A stretch of 63,896 nucleotides of DNA, filler included, from Octopus bimaculoides (Eukaryota), in assembly GCF_001194135.2 (NCBI RefSeq). It is 6 parts of 6 records of this genome, joined end to end, with 100 filler letters (N's around TTAATTAATTAA, not from the genome) between each part and the next. Parts side by side here need not be neighbours in the genome. Positions count along the whole stretch, not along the records: positions 15,623 to 44,966 come from NC_069002.1; 5 more parts are not named here. One strand, 5' to 3'. Of this stretch, positions 27,842 to 39,138 are shown one piece after another (within the stretch, counting starts at the first letter, position 1; the number at the start of each line of letters is the position of its first letter). The notes below the pieces were generated by a model that searched no databases, was not told where the DNA came from, and was given only the letters and a program-made list of their open reading frames with translations. A program made the position numbers and the translations under genes.

Positions 27842-28478
27842 CATAGGATCCAACTTAACCGTAAGACATTTTAACCGAATGTGATAACTGTGGGTAGAGA
27901 AGTTTGCTACGTATCTTATTTGAAAACACCGTTGGAGGTTGCAGTGCTACGAGACAGCACATTGGACAAGGAGGAAGGAAAAGAAGAAATTTAGAATTTA
28001 GAATGGGAAGTCAATAAAATGATTATAAAACCCGATAGAAATGGAAGAAGAGTGTGTTATGTATAATGGGACCGTAAAGGGGAATTAATCTTGTATTTAT
28101 ACATGCAGTGTTGACATAGCTTTATACATATAAAGGTATAATTAACTTGTATCGCTTGAATTATGTGAAAAACTAATAGATAAATAGGTAAGTCGTCTAC
28201 GTTATATAAATTAGTATGGGTTAATTGTATGAAAAAAATGCGTGGGGTTGCCAATGTTTACATCTGTATGCATTTTCGATGAACGTGTTCACCAGTTTAT
28301 TCTTCGAGAATAAAATGAAGAACAGTTCCGTATTGCACAATGGGCAAAATTTCCTATCTTTATCGTATGGTATAGGTGTGGAGAGAATTAGCCAGTCGAA
28401 GTTAAATTTTATGTTGTTGTCTTTAAGTCCCCAAATTAGATTGGATAATGAGTAGCCTCACACTAGTTTGAAGAATCT
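27750..28478 (-). mobile_element. Penelope-like element 3' end: GIY-YIG endonuclease C-terminal half plus 3' UTR with hammerhead motif
   Basis: 28457-28221 translates without interruption as GYSLSNLIWGLKDNNIKFNFDWLILSTPIPYDKDRKFCPLCNTELFFILFSKNKLVNTFIENAYRCKHWQPHAFFSYN*. This fits the LS.YIW.LK...W.I....PY...CxLC..E...N...E...CRH pattern of PLE endonucleases. Confidence 0.8.
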
Positions 28479-29494
28479 TGTCTTTGCTATGTAATACCCT
28501 AGCCACTAAGCTATGCTTTCTATGTGTGTGTGTGTGTGTGTGTTAATATATGTGTATCTCAGTGAGTGAGCTGGCAGAAACATTAGCACCCTGGGTGAAA
28601 GTGCTTAGCGGTATTTTGTCTGTCTTTATATTCTGAGTTCAAATTCCACTGAGGTCGACTTTGCCCTTCATCCTTTCAGGGACGATAAATTAGGTGTACC
28701 AGTTGCATACTAGGGTAAATCTAAAGGACTGGCCTCCTCCCCCAAAATTCAGGCCTTGTGCCTAGAGTAGAAACTATATTTGTAGCTCTTGACATTGTGT
28801 AATTGTTTTAAATAAATGTGATTTCCATTATTTTCCAAAAGCATCTCCAACTTTGCTTAGAAAGAGATGAGAGTTGGCAAAGGGTGGGCACTCACCCTTG
28901 CAAAAAATAAAAACCTGCTTCCATAAACACCATGCAAGCATAGAAAAATGAACATTAAAGCAACGATTACGATGACCATTTTTTTAATTTTTGAGTGTTT
29001 TGTCCTCAGTCTGCTGACGATTTCATGCTTTCTTAAAATATTGATTATCTACAGAAAATTAGTGATACATTTCCTACGTAAGAAGACACCGGCTGTCTCC
29101 AGTAAAAAGGTGTTGATTTATATCTATTGCACCATTTCACTATCTACTTTTCACTTGAGAGACACCTTTTAAAGAATTGGTTCCATTGAAAACACACACA
29201 CAGTTGTGAAGACAACACAAACACACATACGTCTGGTGGTAGATGTACGCTTGTGTGTGATGCAGAATGGCAGAATTTGCATGGATTTCTTATCATCGGA
29301 AGATTTATGTGAAATATTTGATAAATTAAAATTGCTAAATGAATTGTCATGATTGAAATTCACAAAGTATTGATTTGTTTGGTTTTATTACTGTTCTCAG
29401 TTTAGTACAGCATACGCGCATTATACATACATACATATATATACATACACACACGCACAGGTGCATTCATCTTTATATATCTATATATATATAT

Positions 29495-29525
<31 letters not shown>

Positions 29526-29634
29526 CTCATACACATACTTTTATATGTATATACATACACACATCTATATATATATGTATATATATACACAAACACACAT
29601 ATATACACACACACACATATACACACACACACGC

Positions 29635-29671
<37 letters not shown>

Positions 29672-31859
29672 TGCATACATCTATATCTATATACATCTAT
29701 CCATACATATATATCTATATACATATATATTCACAATCATTTATTTACTTTATGTATCTACATATATACGTATACACGCACACACACACATATATATGAT
29801 GCACGTATATATATGTTTATAACTTCATACACACATCACAGGAATTGTAACCAAACACTGAATAATTTTCAATTCACATTATGTATACACAGTATGTGTG
29901 TGTGTATGTGTATGTAAATATATATATATGTAAAATGTGTGCATGTATATATATGTGTGTGTGTATGTACACGTGAATATATATATATATATATGTAAAA
30001 TGTGTGCATGTATATGTGTGTGCATGTATATAAATATACATATATAAATATATACATATAAATGTATGTGGGTATATGTGTGTGTATCTATATACATACG
30101 CTCACAGATACATATATACATTGTTTATATCTATGCATATATAGACACGCTGTGTTTTGATGTTGTTCATTATTACTTTGTTAAATGTCGTTATATTGTG
30201 AATTATAATCACCTCTCCTCAGGTTGGTGGTTGCTGGTAGGTTTTCAACCATGAAAAATTTAGATGTTTAGGCAAAATACTCTTAGGAATATATGCATCT
30301 ATTAATTAAAAATATAAAATAAAATAAAACGAAGAAGAACCTGACGCAAAGGATATAAATATTTAAAACTTTTTAGAGAAGTTGTTATGGTATCAACACA
30401 AGGTGTAATTAATACCAAAACTTGAGGACTCCACGGAAAAAAAAATACATTGTAATTAGATATCATCATCATCATCATCATCACTACCATCATCATCATC
30501 ACCATCACTATCATCATCATCATCACTATCATCACCAGTGCTTTCCTTACCATCACCACTGTCACTAATAACTCTTCTGCATCCTAGTCTTCTTTCTCCT
30601 CCTCTACATCTTTGGCAGAATCATTTGAGCATCAAACAAACTGCCTTGTGATGTTTTTTTTCTTTCTAGTTCTTTACATTCTAGGTTCAAATCCTGCTGA
30701 AGTCATCTTTGCTTTATTTCACTCTCAAGTTGATAAAATTTAATTAAATCTTAATCATGTACTGTCAGCATGACTTACCATTCTTCTGTCATCATCATCA
30801 TTTAATGTCTGTCTTACATGCTGGGTTGGATGGTTTGGTAGGAGCTGGCAAGGCCAGGAGCTGCACCAGGTCCCATTGTCTGTTTTGGCATGGTATCTAC
30901 AGCTGGGTGCCCTTTCTAATGTCGACCACTTCATAGAACATACTAAGTGCTTTTTTATGTAGAACCAGCACCAGTACTATTTATTGGCTCCAGCAATTAA
31001 TAAAATTTAAAGTTAAGTATCAATCATGAACTAGTGTGGCCGTAATCAATCAACTCTCTCCTAAAATTTCAAATCTTGGACTTACATTGGGAAATTATTT
31101 TGTCCTCATTGTTATTTCACATTTTTATCTTTGCACACAGATTGGTAACATTCTGTATTTTGTTTTGGCAGTAGCTTTTCTTTTGTATTAAATCTATTCA
31201 ACACAATATGTGCATGTGCAGAGCTTAGCAGGACTATTTTATATACAACAATACTTTGATTAATCACCTGTTTAATTATACATCAGTTTTATGTGTTAGA
31301 AATTTACAAAAATAAAAACTTAATTGCACAAAAATAATTGCTTTAAAAGTTTAACTACCCACAATGCACCTCAATAATATGCACGTGAGTGTCTGTTCAT
31401 TCATTTCAGGTAGTTTGCATGTTGACATTTTGTGCATTTACCAATTTTCCCATTCTCTCCCCCACTCTTTCATCTTAAAACTTTTGAATTTATTCATCAT
31501 GAATTTATTCAAACTCTATAAAAAAAAGCTGAAGAAGAATCTGACAATGGAAACTGCTGCTGATTCCTTTCCTCTGTAAGGAATCGAAGACTTTCTCCGT
31601 ATTCAAAGAGCAATTGAAATTTTCTCGTTTCAAGAATCAAACTTCTAACAAAGAAGGAAAGTTGCTGCCAATCTAAATATATCTCCCATCTGTTGTCAAG
31701 AAATCTGCAAACAAGAGACTTTCATAGAAACAGTGGCCTCCTTCACAACCTGGGAGGATGTCTGGTTGAGCATTAGATTCTTTGACTCAGTGAATTTGGT
31801 TCAAGCCTGCATCACTTGTTTTGCTTTTATGCCAAAAGGTTAAGGAATAAATAAATATA

Positions 31860-31923
<64 letters not shown>

Positions 31924-32574
31924 GAGCATTGGCTTGGCAGAAGTGTTAGAACACAAGATAGAAAACTACCTTGCAGTACTTGGTTTGACCTATTATGTTC
32001 CAAGTTCAAATCCTGCTGATGTCAAATATGCATTTTGTTCCCCCTGCCACCCCAGATTAATAAAATGAAGTATTGACTGACCCCACACACTTCAATATTC
32101 CTGACCCTGTGCCTAAATCAGTAACAGTTGTTATCATCATCATCATCATTATTACTTAAGGCTGCAAGTTGGTGGAGTCATTAGCATGCCAAGCAAAATG
32201 TTTGGCAGTTTTCCATCCGTCTTTACTTTCTGAGCTCAATTTCCACTGAGACTAACTTTTCCCCCCTCCAAATTTCAGGCCTTGTGCCTATTGTAGAAAG
32301 TATTATTATTATTATTATCATATAAGCTGGCAAGCTATCAGAATCATTAGTGTGCTTTTGATGAAATACTTAGCGGTATTTCACTCATGTTCTGTGTTCA
32401 AATTCCACCGAGGTTGACGTTGCATTTCAGGGTCAATAAATTAAGTACCAGTTGAACACTGGGGGTTGATGTAATCAACTCGCCCCCTCCCCCAAATTTC
32501 AGGCCTTGTGCCTAAAGTAGAAAGGATTATTATCTTTATTATTATTATTGGGTTTCCAATCTTTTGTTTCAAGT

Positions 32575-32935
32575 TTCCAATCTTTCGTTTCAAGTTTCCA
32601 TCTGTCAATCAGACCCAGTATTCTTTACTTCCAACATTGCCAATTTGTTGAATGAATTTGCTATGTAATTCCATTTCTTTCCATTTCCTTGTTCCATTGT
32701 TCTTCCTTTTCTCTCCAAATCCTCCTTCTCTTTCAGTCACTTTCTTGTTATCTCTGGCTGCTGAATGTATTCTGTCTTTACTCTATACAACATAATTCTT
32801 CAGACCCAGTTTATCGCAGTATTGACAATATCTTCTGTGTTTGGTAATCCTCTGCCTTCTTCCTTTCTTGGTAGGCAGGGGTCAGTCAGTATTGCTTTTA
32901 GGGTAGAATGTGTTGTGCATTGTTCTTCTGTCCAA
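32575..32935 (-). mobile_element. R4/Dong-like (restriction-like endonuclease clade) LINE fragment
   Basis: Frameshifted FYPKSNTD..LPRKEEGRGLPNTEDIV..GLKNYVV...KWKEMELHSKFIQQI..KEYWV*LTDGNLKR, matching the post-RT LYLPRKEGGRGL / WKEK.LHGQF / W.WL..G.LK motifs. Confidence 0.7.
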
Positions 32936-33348
32936 GTTCTGTAGCTCTCCATTATAGAAAGGGAGCAGAGTGTTGTGGTTTGAATATTTGGCTCATGATT
33001 GTAAGGTCATAAGTTAAAATCTTGGCAGTGTGTTGTGACCTTGAGCAAGACACTTTATTTCACATTGCTCCAGTCCACTCATATGGCAAAAATGAGTTCT
33101 GCCTGAGAGTGTGTTTTAAGTGCTTTTTCTGCCCATCTTGTGTGCACTTGCCTTCCGACAGTTCACTGTAAAACAATCTCTTGGAGAGTTGGGGGTCAGG
33201 CATTCAAATAAAGTGGCCTGCCTACCTGACTTGCGATCTCCTCAGCAGTTTGTAAAACACTTGGCAGATCAGCTCAAGAGAGAACCTCCATGTCTGGGAC
33301 CTTGTCTTTCCAGGTGACTTTCCATAGCTTTTTCAGGTTAGAATTAGG

Positions 33349-33428
<80 letters not shown>

Positions 33429-33527
33429 CATTATTATTATTATATGATGATGAAGAAGAATCATTATTTAAATGTCTAAGTTAATATGCTTCACTAATAT
33501 TTCTATTTTTTGTTATTGTTTTTGCAG

Positions 33528-34716
33528 CATGAAGTTGAAACCACACCCTGAAGTGATTGACATTGGGAAACAGTTGCAAGAAACATCGTTGGCTGCCATT
33601 AATCTTCCTAGAAATGTATCAGAATCGAGTCTCAATGAAACAGAAGAAGAAACTGAAAAACAACTTCCTAACCAACAGCAGAATCATGGTTTCTTCCTAT
33701 CTCCCAAGCTTTCCTTTAACACTGAAAGCAACATTCACAAGGGAGATTTCTCCAACAAGCTTGGCCTCCCACTCAGAGGAACATCCCTTCAACTACCAAA
33801 GCTGAACTTACATAACCTAAATCCCATTAAAAATGTCAACCTTAAAGCTTTGCGACTTCCAACTGTATTCTACAGTAATAAAGAAACTAAATCGAGTATG
33901 GAACGCCTGACCATTAGTACAAAACATTCTGGTGATGAGGTTTCTGATTCAGGTAATTCATTGAAACATCTGCCTCCTGAAGGAGCTGGGAATCTGCCTC
34001 AGTCATCAGACACGGATGTTGTGAGCAACAAGAACCTTCTGGATATGACACAAGATGAAAATACGGACGTAATGTTTCGAAGTTGTGGCATTTTAGCTAC
34101 TAACCCTAAACAGCTCTTTGTGACATCTTTGAGTCTTTCTTCTGATGTTGATCCTGAAGAATTACCTCAAGAGATTTCAACTGCCATCGATGAAACAAGA
34201 AAATCTGAGGCAGCAGATCAACTCAATAATTTGCTCAGCTTAGATTTAGTTTCCTCTGAGTCTGAAATAGAAAACTCCAGAATGGCCCTTAATAATAAAA
34301 CAGAACAGGAGAACTTTATGAGCAACATTCCTGACACTTATGCCAGTTCTTATCCAGCTTCCATCCATGATGATTATGATGACAGTAGCAATAATTACGA
34401 TCACTTTAATTATGGTGACGCCTCAACTGAACTTGCAGAACATTCTAGAGACATGTCAAACCAACGAAGGAGACCCTTACCTTTGAAACCTTCCTTCAGT
34501 GATGGTGCAATTAGTTCTCATCCTGATATAAATACCTATCCTGATCTGCAAAAACCGCTGCTGTTATTGGAAAACAATCCTTTCACAAAAATTGGCCAGA
34601 AAATCCAATCAAGTATGTCCCGAAGTTCTTCGAAAGCAACTGTTGATCTATTGAAAGAACAGGTTTTAGAGAAATTGAAGGATAGAGAATGTGAAACTCA
34701 AATTATATTTATATAA
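33528..34716 (+). CDS. INPP5F: INPP5F/SAC2, long terminal coding exon
   Basis: Acceptor ttgtttttgcAG at 33526-27 inside the 414-aa ORF 33472-34716; the ORF's first 18 codons are intronic. Motifs KPHPEVIDI, FRSCGILATNPK, NPFTKIGQKIQSSM and C-terminal ECETQIIFI* parallel human INPP5F KPHEDIIGI, LPSCGIIASAPR, SPFAKIRSSM and QCQTRIIQI* (recalled). Confidence 0.85.
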
Positions 34717-36152
34717 TTACCCACCCCCACCACCTCCCCCACAACCATTTCTAAACTTCCTTTCGTTTTTTTTTTTTTTCATTTTAATGAATATTTTCTC
34801 CCTTCCATGATTTACATAACTTTACAATTTATTTTTAATAGAATTTATGAACATTAGCATTTAACAATGACTTTGGTTGTTTCAAAACATGACTAATGTG
34901 AAGAAACTGCAGAGTTCTTTACCAAAACTTTAACAAATATTAATAACCAAAAAAAAAAAAAAAAAAAAGGTAATTTTCTTCAAATCTTAATATTTCCATT
35001 ATTTGTTCTCAGAGTGTCTTATGAGTTATATTTTCATTACTTTTCAACTCGCATCTATTTTTGCTCACACACACACACAAAAAGGAGAAAATGGACAAAA
35101 AAATATTTTTTTTAATGCAACTGGCCTTCTACTCTAATTAACCTAAAGCTAATTAACAAATAATTATGAACATTAATATTTAAAATAGAAAATTCATGTT
35201 AAGTTTTGTAACATATATATGTATGTATATAATATGTTGTACACAGAAGCATAAAAGGAGGGAGGACTACAGGGCTGTCATCCCTGAGTGTATGTATGAA
35301 GGGGTAAGCAATTGGGAGCACCAAAATTGTCTTTGTTGTTAGGCACTGAGAATCATTGCTCTGCTATTGATTCAATGTCTAACCCATGCTAGCATGGAAA
35401 AAAAATGGATGTAAAACAAATGAAGATATTTGACTTGTTTTGGCTTAATTTTCACTTCATTAAATTATTGTTTAAAATATCTGGAAACATGAGATTTTGG
35501 AAAGTAGTTTTTAAAATCTTTTAAGCCCTCAACGTGACTACCACCACCAACAACAACAACAACACAAACCACCAAGGAACACTAGCCCAAACACCACCAC
35601 CACCCTAAAGTCACTCCACTACCAAAAAAGAAAAAAAAAAAAGCCTCCAGCAAATTTTCTTTTAGTTTCAAACTCATTTGCAATCATTCACACATATTAT
35701 GGAACTAAATTGGAAACTTGTGATGTTTATGATTTCACTCAACATGTTTAGTTTAATGTTGCAGGACTTTATTGTCACAGTTTACTCTTTTAAAAGACAA
35801 GACTTTTATAAGACTAATCTCTACTTTCTTCCTGTCTACAGTTTGTATATTAATAACCAAACACATGACAAGCCCTCCGATAAGAAGTGGCTCTAATGCA
35901 AATGATTTGTTCATAATATATGCTTCCAGGTCCTTTCTAACACAGCCAGATTAAGGGATAAAGAGAGCTGGATTATTTGCCTGCAGTGATAGCACTGTCC
36001 CGTTCTGGTATATGAGTCACTTTAACTCTGTAGCTCTTTGGTCGTCTTGTTTCTTTGACAACACTCTCATTTCTGCATATTTCATGAGATGAAGAACTAT
36101 TGCAATACAAAATGTTACTAATTGTGTTAATTAACTCTTCTTCTGTTAATTG

Positions 36153-36194
36153 TTATCTCTCAATAGATATTTCCTGGAAGCCCTCCAGCTCAGT
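36153..36194 (-). CDS. Candidate terminal exon of the same unidentified gene
   Basis: Pyrimidine tract ttttttttcctcattatatatAG (AG at 36196-36195), then TELEGFQEISIER-TAA. Phase 0, compatible with the exon at 38084-38124. Confidence 0.4.
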   Translation of the reverse strand, partial: TELEGFQEISIER

Positions 36195-36913
36195 CTATAT
36201 ATAATGAGGAAAAAAAAAGATAATTTTGCTTTTATTATGGCTTTATTGGGAAAGGGTATGGCCTAGTGGTTAGTGTTGCACCCATGATCATAAGACCATT
36301 GTTTCAATCCCTAAGTTGGACGGTACATTGTGTTTTTGAACAAAATACTTTATTTCATATTGCTCCAGTCCATTCAGCTGTAAATGAGTTCCAGCAATAG
36401 TTGGGAAGTTAACTCTGCAATGGACTGGTGTCCCATCCAGGGAGAAGTGTCCTCATTTCAGTTACTCGTATTCCATAGAAACTGGGCTCAGCCCTGTTCT
36501 TATGAATCCTTGGGCTCATGACAGACATAAGTCTGTTTGTGGCTTCATTTGCAAAGAAACAGCAACCCCCAACAACCCACCCACTTCCGCTAACCAAAGT
36601 CTTTAAGAGATTGATGAGAGGAGGAAGAAACCAGGACTCATAGGTAATTCTCAAACCAGAGACCTTATCTCAATGCTTGTGGTCTCTATGGAAGATACCA
36701 AAGGGCCTACAGTAGTATCCCCTCTTCATCCAGGTGGTGGTGTTACCAGGTGACATACACCTATCACCAATTGTGACTAATTCAAAATGTTATTGCAATT
36801 CAAGGGATAGTGATAACTTGGTGGTTGTTGTTATGTAATATTATTATTATTGTAAGGCAGCAAAATGGCAGAATCATGAGCACATTAGGCAAAATGTTGA
36901 ATGGCATTTCATC

Positions 36914-37060
36914 TGTAGTAAAGATTGTTTGCCAATATAACATGGCAGTCCTGGTTTAGGACGAATGTTGCTGTAATTTATCCCCAGGAGGCCTCATCTG
37001 CTACTGGCTATATGACACGATCTGTGTCCTTATATATGTTGGCAAATAATCTTTACTACA
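36914..37060. mobile_element. 147-bp MITE with TGT...ACA ends, inside a SINE
   Basis: tgtagtaaagattgtttgccaa / ttggcaaataatctttactaca; no clear TSD. Confidence 0.65.
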
Positions 37061-37766
37061 AAGTACTGTTGCTGAATATCTCTCGTTGTGAGATTTACAA
37101 ATAGTAATTTTCTAAGGCATTTTGTCTGTCTCTATGTTCTGAGTTCAAATTCCACCAAAGCTACCTCTACCTTTCATTCTTTCAGGGTTGATAAAATATG
37201 TACCAGTTAAACACTGGGAGTCAATGTAATCAACTTATCCTCTCCCCCAAACTTGCTGGCCCTATGTCAAAACTTGAAATCAATATTTGTATTAGATCTA
37301 TGGCACAGAAGTGATCTATCAAGTTAAATATGATTTATTTCTTTTGAATGTGACAAAAACATTTTTATTAAATTTTCATGATAGCATGGGAACGAGTTGA
37401 GGCTCTTCGGTTGCTATATTCAACTGGTCAAGAAACTATGATGAAGCTCCCTTGTTAAATTGTGTGGCCTTGTTAATTACTGGTATATTGCAGGTATGAA
37501 AGCTGAGTGTACAAAACATGATTATAAAGTAAATGCAAAAATTGTTGTTTTTTTCTAAAATAATTGTAAATATGTTTCAATTGATATTAATACTAAGTTC
37601 AGTTCATAGAGCAGAAAATGTGAAATATGTTATAAATAGTATAGAAATATATTACTAAAGCTTCCCTAATATGACCTCTATATCAACATACATATACATG
37701 TATTTGCATATCTATGCAACCATATATTCATCCACACTCCCAAATATATATATATATATATATATA

Positions 37767-38070
37767 CTTTATTTAAAAGCAGCAGAAACATAACAAAAAC
37801 TGTTAGAGTTTCATGTTCCCGTTCATTTAAGGTTTTCTTCAATTTTGCAATAGGATGAATTTATATTGAATTCATTTATTTTGTTCATCGCATGCTTAAG
37901 ACCGTTAATTGAAAGGACCAATGAAACAAATCCATTTTTAAAGGTGTATTCTTTAACTAGTTTTGATTATGTTGTTATTTCTGTTCCATTTTAACAAAAC
38001 TGTCCGATGAATGGGAACGTGAAACTCTGAGTAACAGCTTTTGTTATATTTCTGCTGCTTTTAAATAAAG
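37767..38070. mobile_element. MITE with ~60-bp TIRs (Tc1/mariner-type, TA / CA flanks)
   Basis: ctttatttaaaagcagcagaaacataacaaaaactgtta...gttcat versus atgaatgggaacgtgaaactc...ttctgctgcttttaaataaag. Confidence 0.85.
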
Positions 38071-38083
38071 CATATTACTTTAC

Positions 38084-38124
38084 CTTTGGTATTTGAGTAC
38101 TCTTTTTTCCACCTTGTTTCACAT
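38084..38124 (-). CDS. Candidate coding exon of an unidentified gene; 5' part hidden in the gap 38125-38377
   Basis: Reads xVKQGGKKSTQIPK followed by donor AAG|GTAAAG (GT at 38083-38082), phase 0. Confidence 0.45.
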
Positions 38125-38415
38125 NNNNNNNNNNNNNNNNNNNNNNNNNNNNNNNNNNNNNNNNNNNNNNNNNNNNNNNNNNNNNNNNNNNNNNNNNNNN
38201 NNNNNNNNNNNNNNNNNNNNNNNNNNNNNNNNNNNNNNNNNNNNNNNNNNNNNNNNNNNNNNNNNNNNNNNNNNNNNNNNNNNNNNNNNNNNNNNNNNNN
38301 NNNNNNNNNNNNNNNNNNNNNNNNNNNNNNNNNNNNNNNNNNNNNNNNNNNNNNNNNNNNNNNNNNNNNNNNNNNNNTATATGGTGAAGCAAATATTTGC
38401 TGATCCCTTAATTAT

Positions 38416-38456
<41 letters not shown>

Positions 38457-38786
38457 ACACACACTCACATGCACACACAGAAACACAAGCCAATGCTGTC
38501 TAATAGAATACTATGCTTATGGAAACTAAAGACATTCTTTTCTAAAATAAATATCCTGGCTTTAAAAAGCAGAAGTTATAATGAAATGAAATATTTGTTT
38601 ATTCAGTTCACTGGAATGTTGAATGGTGATGGCGAGCTGTGCTTTCCTGATCACAAGCTTGTATTGATAAAGGATCAGTCCTGTTGGCTTTACCCCAGAA
38701 AAACTTCAGCCTGTTCCCAGCTGCTAAGTAGAGCCAGGCAATAAAGAATAAGCAGAGGCCAAGGAACTCCACAAGCCCTAAGTTGT

Positions 38787-39138
38787 GGCTTTGAGACATT
38801 TTGGCACAACTGTTTTGGCACCACTTATTTGGCATCATTGCATCGATGCTGACTTACTTGATATCAGACGTTTTAATGTTTCTTTCATTCTCTTTGTTTA
38901 TGTGTATCAGCATATTTCTCTTTGTGTTTGAGGAGAGGAAAACTGTTTATGCCAATCATGTTCAATTTATAAATTATTATGCAATTCTCTCTCTCTCTCT
39001 GTATATTCCTACACATGCATGTATTTGTGTGTGTTTGCTTCCAGTGCCAAAAAGTACTATTGCCAAAACAGGCTGATTATCCAGTAATCCATGCCAAATT
39101 GACAGCAGCCAAACAGCTGTGCCCACTTGTCTCATTCC
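38787..39138. mobile_element. MITE with GG..GAGAC ends and reiterated TTGGCA / TGCCAA subterminal motifs
   Basis: gagacattttggcacaactgttttggc versus gccaaacagctgtgcccacttgtctc. Confidence 0.6.

Noticed and set aside
28458-28460. In-frame TGA in the PLE endonuclease as possible selenocysteine
   Set aside because: It is not at a conserved Cys position, is more simply decay (e.g. CGA to TGA), and no SECIS was identified.
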